Virus record (IMG/VR): IMGVR_UViG_3300013137_002215
DNA from: an uncultured virus (IMG/VR IMGVR_UViG_3300013137_002215)
Lineage: Duplodnaviria > Heunggongvirae > Uroviricota > Caudoviricetes
Length of the DNA: 62,777 nucleotides
Reading direction: 5' to 3' (one strand)
Numbering within the stretch: the first letter of the stretch is position 1; every line of letters begins with the position of its first letter. Both the position numbers and the translations under genes were made by a program. Positions 10,931 to 21,470 of the stretch are shown piece by piece. The notes beneath the pieces are model-generated. The model had not been told where the DNA came from and did not search any database. It saw only the letters and a program-made list of their open reading frames with translations.

Positions 10931-11575
10931 TTATAGTTTATTCTTGTCATAACCAAAGTTATCAAAGTCAACAGAATAATATGAAGAAACCAGTTTTAAC
11001 GTTTGGGGATCATAAAAGTCTCTATAATTAAACTCCTTATGGACCTTACTTTCACATATATTACTTAATTGATCGGGAATTTTCATTTTTAACTCTGAAG
11101 CAATTTTTTTTACAGACTCACAATAATTTTCAAATCTTCCAACATAATTACAAAACATTTTCTTATTATATGTAAGCCATGATGTTTGCGTGTTTGCCTG
11201 GCTGTTACCAACCACATTAAAAAGCCCTATTGGACGAATCTTGTTTAGCCCTCCACAAAACAACCTAAATTCAGACATATATTTTTTTAAATCTTCACGA
11301 ATTATTTTTTTATGAGCTGAGACATATTTTATATAAAAAAATAAAGAAACACAGCGATCATATGGATTTCTAACAATACTAAACTTAAAACTATTATTAA
11401 AATAATCCATAGATATTAAATCTTTTTTAATAAGACTTCCTATATAAACGTGTCCAAATGATATTTTACCTTTAATTTTACTTTTTACAAAGTTATCTAA
11501 AATAGTCGTAAAACCTAAATCTGTAACCAGACTTCTACCCCCTGTTTTCGGGACATGAATAAAAATAGCGTTCAT
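10931..11575 (-). CDS. sulfotransferase family 2
   Basis: FIHVPKTGG, VRNPYDRCVS, GRFEN, DFDNFGY. Confidence 0.85.
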   Translation of the reverse strand: MNAIFIHVPKTGGRSLVTDLGFTTILDNFVKSKIKGKISFGHVYIGSLIKKDLISMDYFNNSFKFSIVRNPYDRCVSLFFYIKYVSAHKKIIREDLKKYMSEFRLFCGGLNKIRPIGLFNVVGNSQANTQTSWLTYNKKMFCNYVGRFENYCESVKKIASELKMKIPDQLSNICESKVHKEFNYRDFYDPQTLKLVSSYYSVDFDNFGYDKNKL

Positions 11576-11582
11576 TTACATC

Positions 11583-12182
11583 CTAAATTATGTTTTTATG
11601 TGGATGTTCTATAATTAAAAATGTTTTTATTCCTCTTAACTTCGTGGACATTTGAGGCTTATCTTTAACCACAAATCCACATTCTTTTATAAGAGTTTCG
11701 TATTCTTCCAAGGTTGCACCAAAAGGATCTGTCATATTACTATGCTCTACCAAACTGGCTATAGACCATTCTATTATGCAACAACCGGTTTTCTTAACAC
11801 AAGACATCCATGCTTTTAAACATTTTTTAGGATCGTAACTATGATCAAATGCATTGCTATATATAAAATCAACATTATCAACCCATTCTGGTTTTACCTC
11901 ATGAAAATCCCAACAAATAGTATTTGGATATCTTTCTGCGACATCGGTTATGTCCGTACCTATAACTTTGGCTTTTGTATGCTTTCCAAACCATTTTTGT
12001 TCATTTCCCTGTTTACATCCATGACAAATAGCAAATTTTATATCTCTATAGTTTTTTAATAAATAATTAGATAAAAACTCTATTTCTCTTTCATCACACC
12101 ATTGTCCGTCCGCATTAGCCTTATTACCAGCTATTTGCGTATTAACATAGTGTTTATATGACTTATACTTGTGTATTTTCAT
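11583..12182 (-). CDS. putative methyltransferase
   Basis: ICHG..GNEQ, GTDI, DFH, YSNAFDH. Confidence 0.65.
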   Translation of the reverse strand: MKIHKYKSYKHYVNTQIAGNKANADGQWCDEREIEFLSNYLLKNYRDIKFAICHGCKQGNEQKWFGKHTKAKVIGTDITDVAERYPNTICWDFHEVKPEWVDNVDFIYSNAFDHSYDPKKCLKAWMSCVKKTGCCIIEWSIASLVEHSNMTDPFGATLEEYETLIKECGFVVKDKPQMSTKLRGIKTFLIIEHPHKNII

Positions 12183-12913
12183 ATTATCCCCTTATTTTTT
12201 AATACCAAAACAGGCTGTACCGTTGCAAAACTATTACGACTAGATACTAATAACTCGTCTGACATTCCGTAAGTATCTACACACTCCCACCCATCTAATA
12301 ACAACTTAAGACGCATTTTACCATATACCCTATGCGCATTCCACATAACTCGATCTTCTCCTATAGGAACTGCAAGGAAAAATAAACCATCCTTTTTTAA
12401 GATGTTTTTTACATCTTGCATTGCCCTTATATCTCCCATAGGCGATATATTATCTCCATATCTCCCAAGTCCGGAATGTTCTATGCTGGAGATAGATATA
12501 CACACATCAAATTTAGGAAGGCTATTATAGGAATTATATTGATAATATTTTATTTTATCATAAGCACAAATTCTTTTATTATACTCCAAACAAGAGCATC
12601 CTTTACCGGAATAAACACATGCCATCGTTTCATACCATGGCTTTTCCGAACCAATAATAATAACATCTTTATCTTTTATACTATACTTTTGTAATGCCTG
12701 ATATAACCACATGTCGGTGTCATAATAATATAGGCCCTTTTTATTTTTAATTAGTTCTTCAAAAGATTTTATTTGTTGCAAAGTATATGTCCTAATTGTA
12801 TTACTGGGCCTCTTGGGTTTAAAATAGAACTCTTCTATTTTTATTTTGCCACCCATACTAAATTGTTCTTTTAAAATGCCTGACAACTTCATAATATGTC
12901 CACTTATTTCCAC
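12179..12913 (-). CDS. DUF268-like methyltransferase-fold protein
   Basis: GSEKPWYE, SSIEHSGLGRYGD, WNAHRVYG. Confidence 0.75.
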   Translation of the reverse strand: MEISGHIMKLSGILKEQFSMGGKIKIEEFYFKPKRPSNTIRTYTLQQIKSFEELIKNKKGLYYYDTDMWLYQALQKYSIKDKDVIIIGSEKPWYETMACVYSGKGCSCLEYNKRICAYDKIKYYQYNSYNSLPKFDVCISISSIEHSGLGRYGDNISPMGDIRAMQDVKNILKKDGLFFLAVPIGEDRVMWNAHRVYGKMRLKLLLDGWECVDTYGMSDELLVSSRNSFATVQPVLVLKNKGII

Positions 12914-13455
12914 AGTTCAAAACACAACTTGTTTTTCTTTACAAATTTTCGTATCTTCCTCTCTCTATGTTTAAATACACGCCTATCTTCATATTTCATA
13001 TATTGAGAATGAAATTCACAATATATTTTTTGAACTTTAAAAATTAAACCAGACCGTATCATTGCTTCAAGGATGTCATATTCCGAACTTTCCACGTCAA
13101 ATTTAATAACAACTTCATTATTTTTAGATATTAAATCTTCTATCATTTTCAATATATTAACGCAAGATACCTGTGTTGTATGCACATTCTCCGATAATTT
13201 ACTGTTATGATTACTTATAATACTTCCACCCAAACAAAATTCGCTAGAAAAATAAAACTGTCTGGTACAATCTTCTATATATACAGCACAATTGTAAATT
13301 ACAACATTAGCTTTGCCCCCGTATTGTTCAACTAATTTATTATAACAATTTTTATTAGGTTCAAATAAAATATAATTCCAATCATCACCATATATTTGTT
13401 TAAAATACTCATAACCCTGTCCCAAATTAGAACCACAATCTAAAAAATATTTCAT
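12904..13455 (-). CDS. FkbM family methyltransferase
   Basis: FLDCGSNLGQG, FEPN, KFDVESSEY, CEFH. Confidence 0.85.
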   Translation of the reverse strand: MKYFLDCGSNLGQGYEYFKQIYGDDWNYILFEPNKNCYNKLVEQYGGKANVVIYNCAVYIEDCTRQFYFSSEFCLGGSIISNHNSKLSENVHTTQVSCVNILKMIEDLISKNNEVVIKFDVESSEYDILEAMIRSGLIFKVQKIYCEFHSQYMKYEDRRVFKHRERKIRKFVKKNKLCFELWK

Positions 13456-13457
13456 TA

Positions 13458-14306
13458 TTACTTCCTTTTAGACAAATTGGTTTTTGACATTAATTCAGCA
13501 CACGCCAAAAAACTACTGCCCGAAGTTTTAAGGCGTAATGCAGTACGAGACAATAGAACCATATCACAAAACGCCTCTATACTAGCAGCTTTAGGTCTAT
13601 TAACATTGAAACTAAATACTCTGCCCATATTGTCTGTTATATTACTCTTCCACTCAGCATTAACACGAAGTTTTTCTACGTAGTTCTGCTTTTCAAACAA
13701 TAAAACGTTTCTATATTTTTTAAACCTCATCTCAATTTCTTTTTCATCCGAACACACAAAATACTGTTTGTCCGGATTATTTTTTACTTCGTTCTCTAAT
13801 TTATTTTCTCCAATATATAATGGCCTTCCATAATCCGTTTTTCTAATATGTACCCCATAACAATTTGACACATCATATTTAGATATATCAGTAAATATAT
13901 TGTCGGATATTTTCAATTCATTAATACTGTCTATTATTTCACCAGAATTAATAGAAGAATGCAGACAATTACTATAATAAAAAACATCAGATTCATCCGT
14001 CATTAATTTTACTATATCTTTTTGAGACAATTTACCATTAAGTATTATTTTGTTTTCTTTGTGTTTAATTTGAGACTCATGAACTAATAACACACACTTG
14101 TTTAAAATAAATTTGTCTATAAATTTAATATCAAAATTAGATATATTGTAATTACTAGCAAATATATCTGTAAGGTTACATCCACACCAGTTATTAGATG
14201 GCCAGTGAATAATAAAAGGTTTATTAGCCCTTTTAGCAAAAAATAAAGCAGAAAACATACTTAATAATCTATTCCCCAATCCACCATCACAATATATATG
14301 GATCAT
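13458..14306 (-). CDS. fucosyltransferase-like glycosyltransferase (NodZ/GT11/GT23-type)
   Basis: GGLGNRL, GVHIRKTD, FVCSD, SGSSF. Confidence 0.7.
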   Translation of the reverse strand: MIHIYCDGGLGNRLLSMFSALFFAKRANKPFIIHWPSNNWCGCNLTDIFASNYNISNFDIKFIDKFILNKCVLLVHESQIKHKENKIILNGKLSQKDIVKLMTDESDVFYYSNCLHSSINSGEIIDSINELKISDNIFTDISKYDVSNCYGVHIRKTDYGRPLYIGENKLENEVKNNPDKQYFVCSDEKEIEMRFKKYRNVLLFEKQNYVEKLRVNAEWKSNITDNMGRVFSFNVNRPKAASIEAFCDMVLLSRTALRLKTSGSSFLACAELMSKTNLSKRK

Positions 14307-14929
14307 TATAATCTCTTAAGTTTTTTTGGGTTATTACTACGAGTAAATGGTCCACCCATAAATACAACTATACCCATAAATTCTTCATAGGACATAAAAG
14401 GGATTTTTTCAACTTTTATCATTTTACAAAATACCAAATCATGCCATGTCTTTTCCAGTTTTATTATTTCGTATCCATATTTCTCAAAATAATTAAAAAA
14501 CTCCAAATCATAATACCACCTACAATGTCCATTCCAAGTTCCCACAATTGGCAACGCATGGATTACCAACCCTTTTACCCTTAACATGTTGTGCAAGTTG
14601 ATCCAACAATTATATTGCCCTATTTCTTCTTCTACGTGCTCTACAGTACCATAGTTTATTATTATATCCGCACAATTTTTCTCACTTGTCAATTTACTCA
14701 AATCAAACAATTCTATTCCCTTGCCACCACATAAATCCAAAGTTCTCCAAGTTTTAAATTTATTTTTATACAGCCCTCTTAATCTAGCGGGATTAAATTT
14801 TTTTCCAGAACATTCATCGTCTTGGTTTATTTCCTGATAACCCAATTCTATTATATCTAATTTAGAAGTATTAAGATTCTTTATTGATTGTATAAAATCT
14901 GGCAAAAGTATTTTTCTATCTAATCCCAT
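14306..14929 (-). CDS. putative methyltransferase
   Basis: IELGYQ, LDL, NYGTVEHV, HALP. Confidence 0.65.
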   Translation of the reverse strand: MGLDRKILLPDFIQSIKNLNTSKLDIIELGYQEINQDDECSGKKFNPARLRGLYKNKFKTWRTLDLCGGKGIELFDLSKLTSEKNCADIIINYGTVEHVEEEIGQYNCWINLHNMLRVKGLVIHALPIVGTWNGHCRWYYDLEFFNYFEKYGYEIIKLEKTWHDLVFCKMIKVEKIPFMSYEEFMGIVVFMGGPFTRSNNPKKLKRL

Positions 14930-14967
14930 TACAAATCTCCATCAAACACAGATATCGTATACTTATC
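14911..14967. repeat. 57-bp direct repeat, copy 1
   Basis: tttttctatctaatcccattacaaatctccatcaaacacagatatcgtatacttatc; one mismatch to 15694-15750. Confidence 0.95.
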
Positions 14968-15005
14968 CAATTTCATAACTGTTCCTATTATTTATCAACC
15001 CTATT

Positions 15006-15629
15006 TTAGAAATAAATTCTGTTATATCCAAAATTACTAAAATCTTCTTCAAAAACCATATTTATAGCACTATAATGCTTCTTTTTTAAATAATTAGCAT
15101 AATTTCTCCTATCAGAACGATAATAATGAGGAATGTCAACATTTTTCTTAACACCAAAAAGCAAAAGAATGTCTCTGACTGAGTTTTCAAAATCCTCAAA
15201 CCTGTAAATTTTATACATATTTTTTAATAACTCTAAGTGTTGGGTTTGAGACATAGCAACGTGCCAATATATAAATCTTAATTTTTTTAAATATGAATCA
15301 AAACCACTATTTTTCATAATCTCAGCATCTTTCACTATGAACCTAATCATTCTGTCTAAACTAAAATTACAAAAATTATTTTTTATACAGTATTTCCATC
15401 CAGATATAAATCTATCGTAAGGATTACGTACAATAGAAACAAATCTATAACTATCGCTATTAATTTCAGGATAACATTCCTTAATTTGTCCAAACTGACC
15501 CACTTTGTTTGCACCACCATTAAACACAGTGACATCTGCACAATCATTCAACATCTTGCTAATAGTAGTTCCTCCTGTTTTTGGTATATGAAGAAAAACT
15601 ATTTTTTTATTATGACATATGACGTTCAT
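15006..15629 (-). CDS. sulfotransferase family 2
   Basis: FLHIPKTGGT, VRNPYDRFIS, RFED, DFSNFGY. Confidence 0.85.
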   Translation of the reverse strand: MNVICHNKKIVFLHIPKTGGTTISKMLNDCADVTVFNGGANKVGQFGQIKECYPEINSDSYRFVSIVRNPYDRFISGWKYCIKNNFCNFSLDRMIRFIVKDAEIMKNSGFDSYLKKLRFIYWHVAMSQTQHLELLKNMYKIYRFEDFENSVRDILLLFGVKKNVDIPHYYRSDRRNYANYLKKKHYSAINMVFEEDFSNFGYNRIYF

Positions 15630-15631
15630 AT

Positions 15632-15712
15632 TATTTTATTAATTTATTTTTTGCCATTAAATCTGCACAGGCCTAAAAAACTACTACCAGACGTTTTTCT
15701 ATCTAATCCCAT
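15632..15712 (-). pseudogene. chimeric remnant: methyltransferase start fused to fucosyltransferase-like C-terminus
   Basis: MGLDRK (as in 14929 gene) followed by TSGSSFL and a frameshifted CADLMAK, similar to KTSGSSFLACAELMSK of the 13458 gene. Confidence 0.7.
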
Positions 15713-15750
15713 TACAAATCTCCATCAAACACAAATATCGTATACTTATC
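15694..15750. repeat. 57-bp direct repeat, copy 2
   Basis: matches 14911-14967. Confidence 0.95.
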
Positions 15751-15751
15751 T

Positions 15752-17083
15752 TTAGGGAACAAATCCCGTCTTAATACCCTTATTAAACGGAAACTTTCTA
15801 ATGCTCATCAAATTATGCAAAACATTTTTGTAATGTTTGTTTTTAAGATCAACAGAAAGCCATAAAAATTCTTGCACTACATCTTTATCTAAAAAAGGAT
15901 ATCTTGCCTCTATACCAAAAGATCCCGCAATATATTCTTCTTTGGTTAAATATGAGCGCTGAGAACTTTCATAAAAGCTTGGCCATGGAAATATGGTTTT
16001 AAGATCTTTTGGAAATAAACCACCAAAATTACTATGCCTAAATATTCTTCTGCCATTAAATCCATAATCAGAAAATATTTCATCTGCACCTTGACCAGAC
16101 AAATATATTTTCTTATTGTGTTTTTTAGCCATCATACAAATCATACAAATACCAGCCGAACCATGATCCCGATGCAGATTTAATTTATATTCATTATAAT
16201 CACCTTTTGAACAATATGTAACATAATTATACTCTTCTACGAAATCATTTAAGTGTTTTAGAGCTTTAAGTTTATTAGAAGAATCACTAATAACAATTTC
16301 ACAACCATTATCTATCAAATATTTGCGTCTTTTTTCCATTATATTTTTATCTTCTGAACCAATAACAGTATACGCACTAAATTTAACTTTTTGACTAATT
16401 AGTTCACTGGCAATTGAACCACTATCATACCCACTACTCAAACCTATAAAAATACTTTCCCTAACATTTTTCAAACACCTCTTATTAATAGAGTTATAAA
16501 ACGCAGTGTTCCAATCATCAAAATCTTTCTTATGTTGCTCTAAAGAAAACGAAAACACTTCGTACTTGTCTTTTTGATTTAAATTTGTATCAAAAATCAA
16601 AACATTATTAGGTCCAACTCTTTTTACTTCTTTAAATCCAAGTCTATCTGCGTTACTTTTATAGGAAGAAATACAGAAACCATCTTCGTCTCTGGCAATC
16701 CACATTGGTTTAGTCGCAAAAATATCTGTTGCCAATATAACGATATTTCTTGCAAAATCAAAAAGAACTATTGCGAACTCTCCATCCAGCTTCTTTACAA
16801 AATCTATTCCAAATTTTTTATATAGAGAAATTAAACATTCACCATCGGATTTATAATCACCAAAACTAAATGCATTGTATATTTCTCCGTTATATAGACA
16901 TACAATATTGTTTTCAACAAATGGCTGAACAGTGAAAGCGCCAGTTATGCTTAATAGATTATGTACAAAGGTTACATTGTTCTTTTTAATAATTCCAGTA
17001 TAATCGGGTCCCCTAAGTTTACTATATAAATTGATATAATCCAATTGTTTAATGTCTTTGTTTGTTATAATAAATCCGCACAT
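15752..17083 (-). CDS. asparagine synthetase-like glutamine amidotransferase
   Basis: N-terminal MCG, RGPD, YNGEIYN, LSSGYDS, LSGQGADE, RYPFLD. Confidence 0.9.
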   Translation of the reverse strand: MCGFIITNKDIKQLDYINLYSKLRGPDYTGIIKKNNVTFVHNLLSITGAFTVQPFVENNIVCLYNGEIYNAFSFGDYKSDGECLISLYKKFGIDFVKKLDGEFAIVLFDFARNIVILATDIFATKPMWIARDEDGFCISSYKSNADRLGFKEVKRVGPNNVLIFDTNLNQKDKYEVFSFSLEQHKKDFDDWNTAFYNSINKRCLKNVRESIFIGLSSGYDSGSIASELISQKVKFSAYTVIGSEDKNIMEKRRKYLIDNGCEIVISDSSNKLKALKHLNDFVEEYNYVTYCSKGDYNEYKLNLHRDHGSAGICMICMMAKKHNKKIYLSGQGADEIFSDYGFNGRRIFRHSNFGGLFPKDLKTIFPWPSFYESSQRSYLTKEEYIAGSFGIEARYPFLDKDVVQEFLWLSVDLKNKHYKNVLHNLMSIRKFPFNKGIKTGFVP

Positions 17084-17087
17084 TTTG

Positions 17088-18017
17088 TTAGTTATCTTTT
17101 AATTTAAAATAAACCTCAAACATATCTTTATACTCTTTAATTTTCTCTTTCCATGTCCAATTTTTCATAATTTCTTCATAAAATAGATTGCCACAGGACA
17201 ATCTAAACTCATCATTCTTCATTTTCTCTAAAGCTCCACATAAAACGTTAAAATCTCTTTTAATAATCAACCCACTCTTACCATTTACGATCATCTCTTC
17301 TGCTGCCCCACAATTAGTAGTAATAACGGGAACCTCCATTGCTCCTGCCTCTAGCGTAGGATTTTGAAGTCCCTCTGACTCAGACATACAAACATATAGG
17401 TCTATTTGATTATAAAATTTTGGCATTTGCTCTTTGGTTAATCTTTGACCATCATAACTTGCAAACACCAATTTATATCCAGTTTTTTCACAAGCTTTTT
17501 CAATGATATCAAATCCTTTATTGCCCTGAGAACCACGTCTTCCAACTATTCCAACAACAAGTTTATCGCGTCTTTCTTTTTCTGGATATAGTTTTTTGTC
17601 AAAGCAGGTTTCATCTACACCATGTCTAACCAATAATAATGGTTTATCTTTTACTATCGGTTCAAACACCTTAAATTGTCTTTTATTAACAACATGAAAA
17701 ACACAACACCTGTTTTTTATAGAAGATCCCCAATTAGGCATACCGTTCTCATATAATCCCTTAGCGCCATTAGGATGTTTTAAATACATAAATTCACACC
17801 TTAACCCCATAATAACTTTTTTAGGATCAGGATAACTCATTTGCATAGGGTCCATAATATAAATACAATCATATTGAGGTTCTAATTTAACAACATTAGT
17901 GCCCCTTGAAAAACCAATATCTATTTGATAATCATTACCTAATCGTTTCTTAATTTCTAATGCATGTCTATGAAAAATCCAACCAGGAATATCTGCAACT
18001 ATTAAAATTTTCTTCAT
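17088..18017 (-). CDS. glycosyltransferase family 4
   Basis: HGVD, KGFD, SESEGLQNPTLEAGAM. Confidence 0.85.
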   Translation of the reverse strand: MKKILIVADIPGWIFHRHALEIKKRLGNDYQIDIGFSRGTNVVKLEPQYDCIYIMDPMQMSYPDPKKVIMGLRCEFMYLKHPNGAKGLYENGMPNWGSSIKNRCCVFHVVNKRQFKVFEPIVKDKPLLLVRHGVDETCFDKKLYPEKERRDKLVVGIVGRRGSQGNKGFDIIEKACEKTGYKLVFASYDGQRLTKEQMPKFYNQIDLYVCMSESEGLQNPTLEAGAMEVPVITTNCGAAEEMIVNGKSGLIIKRDFNVLCGALEKMKNDEFRLSCGNLFYEEIMKNWTWKEKIKEYKDMFEVYFKLKDN

Positions 18018-18790
18018 TATAATCCCATATCTCTAACGATTCTAGAAATTGTATCATTGCCTGTTTTTAAAGTTTCCTCTGTATATCTTCTATTAAATTT
18101 TTGTGATGCTTGTAATCCACCAAACCAATGTAAAGCATAAGAGGTTTTAGGAATGTTAAATTTTCCCTCATATACACTTATAATCAAATCAGAAAATGGT
18201 ATTGGATAGAAATATTGTTGTGGAGCATTAAATAATCTGTTTTTATCTAAATGTGAAATCATATCTCGCATCATCCACGGACCCAAACTATTATAGTCAT
18301 TGGGATTATATTTTGAAGGTAAAGCTCTCATAATCGTATGTGTACTTTTAGATCCTTTCTCTGCACCTATTACACCTACTGGGCTATAATTACCATATGA
18401 ACAATAAATCATTTCTTTATCTAATGGCAATGTTTGAAATGATTTTAATATTATTTGATCGTTATCCAAATAAAAACCCCCAAAATTAAACAAATACCAC
18501 CATCTAAAAAAATCTGATTGATAATTTGGAGGATATCTTTTAAATATATCACATGGTACTATCTCTACATTCAAATCCTTTAATTTGTCTAAATAATCTA
18601 TACCTATTATACCGCCTTCAAAATCTTGTTTTTCTCTACCCCATTTAAATCCATCTTGTTTATATTCTTTAGACAAAAACAGTTGGATTTTAGCATCTGG
18701 ATGAAAATGCCGTAATGTCTTAAATGTCAAAAATCTTAAATAAGACAAACTTTTTCCTGCCCAAAATAATCCAAAATTTAAGCTTATCAT
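18017..18790 (-). CDS. DXD sugar-binding glycosyltransferase (GT32-like)
   Basis: SDFFRW..L..FGGFYLDND, GPW, FYP, HWFGG. Confidence 0.8.
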   Translation of the reverse strand: MISLNFGLFWAGKSLSYLRFLTFKTLRHFHPDAKIQLFLSKEYKQDGFKWGREKQDFEGGIIGIDYLDKLKDLNVEIVPCDIFKRYPPNYQSDFFRWWYLFNFGGFYLDNDQIILKSFQTLPLDKEMIYCSYGNYSPVGVIGAEKGSKSTHTIMRALPSKYNPNDYNSLGPWMMRDMISHLDKNRLFNAPQQYFYPIPFSDLIISVYEGKFNIPKTSYALHWFGGLQASQKFNRRYTEETLKTGNDTISRIVRDMGL

Positions 18791-19461
18791 CCCAAAGTCC
18801 CATTAATTCTTCTGTTATTAATTGCTCCAGGACTATTTAATGTCCAAATCGTAGGATGCAATATATGATACAAAAACCTGCCTTCAAATATATTTCTAGT
18901 TAATGACATTATCTTCCTGTGATAGTAAAAGTCCCATTCCGGCTCTCCTAATATCAAATCATTATTAAACCTCTTACTGCACTTTTTCCACCAATTAACA
19001 TTAAAAAATAAGGCATCAAAACCAGGATGATCTTTAACCTTAACTCTGAAGTTATTGGATTGAAATTTTAAGAAATCAACATCCGAAATATCAAACCGTT
19101 TAAATAAATATACATCTTTGTTATGTTTCTCAAATATACTGAATAGATTCTTTTGCACAAATATATCTGAATTTATATAGCCGAATATGTCACAAGGAAT
19201 ATTAGAGCATAAATCAAGAATCTCTTTTATATATGGCAGTGGACGGGGATTTCTAATAGTTACTTTTGAATTCCTTTTTAATGATTTACAAACATGAAAT
19301 TCTGGTGGCAATACGACATTCTCGTCACGATAATTAAAAGAAAATAACTGAACATTGCTGGACTTATTATTAACAAGCGTAATTAGAGCATCACGTTGAA
19401 TTTTAGCTTTCAACGTATTTCTATAATTAACATAATTAACTGCTACTATTATGCGTTTCAT
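18787..19461 (-). CDS. putative nucleotide-diphospho-sugar transferase
   Basis: GYINSDI, GFDALFF, GEPEWD, HILH. Confidence 0.55.
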   Translation of the reverse strand: MKRIIVAVNYVNYRNTLKAKIQRDALITLVNNKSSNVQLFSFNYRDENVVLPPEFHVCKSLKRNSKVTIRNPRPLPYIKEILDLCSNIPCDIFGYINSDIFVQKNLFSIFEKHNKDVYLFKRFDISDVDFLKFQSNNFRVKVKDHPGFDALFFNVNWWKKCSKRFNNDLILGEPEWDFYYHRKIMSLTRNIFEGRFLYHILHPTIWTLNSPGAINNRRINGTLG

Positions 19462-20216
19462 ACTCTTGGTAATATATATTCTGCCTTACCTATAAATCTT
19501 TTAGTTATTTTGGGAAAGTCATTAAATTTAGTAAGCGGATAAGGTTCTTTCTTTTTGTTTAACGTTGATAATGCTCGCTTCATTTTTTCTTGGTATTCTG
19601 GAATATTTACATATAACCTAGCATGTTCTATGTCCTTTATATCATTGTGACTACTAAAGCACCAATTAAAATGATAAACTGGCTTAGGAACATTATCAGG
19701 TCCAAAAGAAGGCTCTGTATCTCCTTCAAAACTCCATGCATCCCCCATTAATTGAATAGTGGCAATATTACGAATCATTCTTATAGCACTTCTATAACCT
19801 TCCTTACTAGGCTCCCATGCTCGTGTAAAATGATGAAATGGAAAAACAACAGAATTATATTTTTTCTCAGAAGCTATTTTTTTAATAAAAGGGATATTTT
19901 GTTCATGAATAACTTCGTCTGCCTGTAAATAATAAACATATTCACATTGCGCTTTTTTAATAGCATTTTGAGATACTATTTTTATTGCTTCGCCTAAATA
20001 AGATTTATCAGGCCACTTCTCTTGAAACAAGTTTATTTTAACTTTGTTTTTATAGTATTTTTTAAACTTAATCAGGTATTGAAGTGTATCGTCTGTAGAA
20101 AATCCCTCACCAATAATTATCTCGTTAGCTATTGGGAGGCAAGAACTTAGAGATTCCCAAAAACAATATCCCTGCTTAATAACATTCTTAGCGATAAATA
20201 CTACAGAGATTGACAT
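19458..20216 (-). CDS. glycosyltransferase family 2
   Basis: ISVVFIAKN, STDDT, YLQADE. Confidence 0.8.
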   Translation of the reverse strand: MSISVVFIAKNVIKQGYCFWESLSSCLPIANEIIIGEGFSTDDTLQYLIKFKKYYKNKVKINLFQEKWPDKSYLGEAIKIVSQNAIKKAQCEYVYYLQADEVIHEQNIPFIKKIASEKKYNSVVFPFHHFTRAWEPSKEGYRSAIRMIRNIATIQLMGDAWSFEGDTEPSFGPDNVPKPVYHFNWCFSSHNDIKDIEHARLYVNIPEYQEKMKRALSTLNKKKEPYPLTKFNDFPKITKRFIGKAEYILPRV

Positions 20217-20224
20217 ATAATGTA

Positions 20225-20527
20225 TTATACATCATTTTTAGGCATATCGTTATTCATCCAATCACGAATTGTTTCAACGCAAAATTTTATATACGATTCT
20301 TCGTCACCCGTTTCATGACAGATTTGGATCGCCGTTTCAACTACAGCCTCACGAAAAGCATGTGTCACCGGATCTGGCAAGTATCCATAGTTGTCCCATA
20401 ATGCGAGACAAATTTTATCAAATGTTAACATGTCTTTGTCGTTACAAAGCGACAGAGAACTATCAGCGACAAGCTTTTTCTGTTGCGGCGGTACTGGATG
20501 CGGATAAACTCTGTGTCCAATTCTCAT
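20225..20527 (-). CDS. hypothetical protein
   Basis: ORF packed in operon. Confidence 0.55.
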   Translation of the reverse strand: MRIGHRVYPHPVPPQQKKLVADSSLSLCNDKDMLTFDKICLALWDNYGYLPDPVTHAFREAVVETAIQICHETGDEESYIKFCVETIRDWMNNDMPKNDV

Positions 20528-20529
20528 TT

Positions 20530-20910
20530 TTATTCCTTCTCATGTTTACAACCATGTTCTTCTTTATATTTGAAATAAGGCGTCATATCGTGTTCTACAA
20601 CATGTTCTTCATTTTTGTATTCTGATTCAACCACTTCCCACACATCTGGATTATTTTTATACATATCTAATTGACTCGCCATAGCTATAACTACTTGTCC
20701 AGTTCTTCTATTTCTAACTACGTGTCTGGTAGTTTTACTAATAGTGCCCGTTTCTCTATCTAATGTCTCAACTTTTCTACCCATGGCATTCAAAATATCA
20801 GGAGAAGCTAAATTGACAGCAATTCCTTTTTCTTCATATGGAATAGAAAATTTTACCTTTTTTATTTCTTTTCCAAATAACTTATTCCATATGCGTTTGA
20901 ATATATTCAT
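20530..20910 (-). CDS. hypothetical protein
   Basis: ORF with ATGA overlap to upstream gene. Confidence 0.6.
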   Translation of the reverse strand: MNIFKRIWNKLFGKEIKKVKFSIPYEEKGIAVNLASPDILNAMGRKVETLDRETGTISKTTRHVVRNRRTGQVVIAMASQLDMYKNNPDVWEVVESEYKNEEHVVEHDMTPYFKYKEEHGCKHEKE

Positions 20911-21470
20911 GACATTTTTCCTCTAATTAATTTTATAACATCTATCGCGTCACTTATAGCATCATGTTTTACCGCCTCTTCCAATCCAGCTCTTTTTTTA
21001 CAATCCAAAGTTCCCATTAGTTCAGTATCGCCCTTTTGATAATACAAAATTGCAGGATCTAATATTTTATGCCTTAAAGCTATGTGTTTTAAAAAATCAG
21101 TTTTTAACTTTAAAAATTGTAAATCAAAAGATCCAAAATTCTTTCCCGCCACATTAATTAACACTCTTCCATGTTTTTCTTCATATCCATTATCTAACAA
21201 AAACTTCTTAAATAAAAATGAGAACTTTTCAGCATTACAATATCTATAGCCGTCTTCACGATTAGCTATCCTTTTAAAAATGGTGCTATGCATTGATAGT
21301 CCATTAGGTTCTCCGCTATATACGTCTTTCACAAAATAACAATGAAATAATGGCAAATCTTCAATTGGGTTTATGTTCTGTAAATCATCCAAAACAGCAC
21401 CGAACTCTAATACATCACAAGTATTAGGATTAATACCCGTTGTTTCAAGATCCAAGCTTACATATCGCAT
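20907..21470 (-). CDS. DEDDh 3'-5' exonuclease
   Basis: LDLETTG, GKNFGSFD, HDAISDA. Confidence 0.85.
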   Translation of the reverse strand: MRYVSLDLETTGINPNTCDVLEFGAVLDDLQNINPIEDLPLFHCYFVKDVYSGEPNGLSMHSTIFKRIANREDGYRYCNAEKFSFLFKKFLLDNGYEEKHGRVLINVAGKNFGSFDLQFLKLKTDFLKHIALRHKILDPAILYYQKGDTELMGTLDCKKRAGLEEAVKHDAISDAIDVIKLIRGKMS

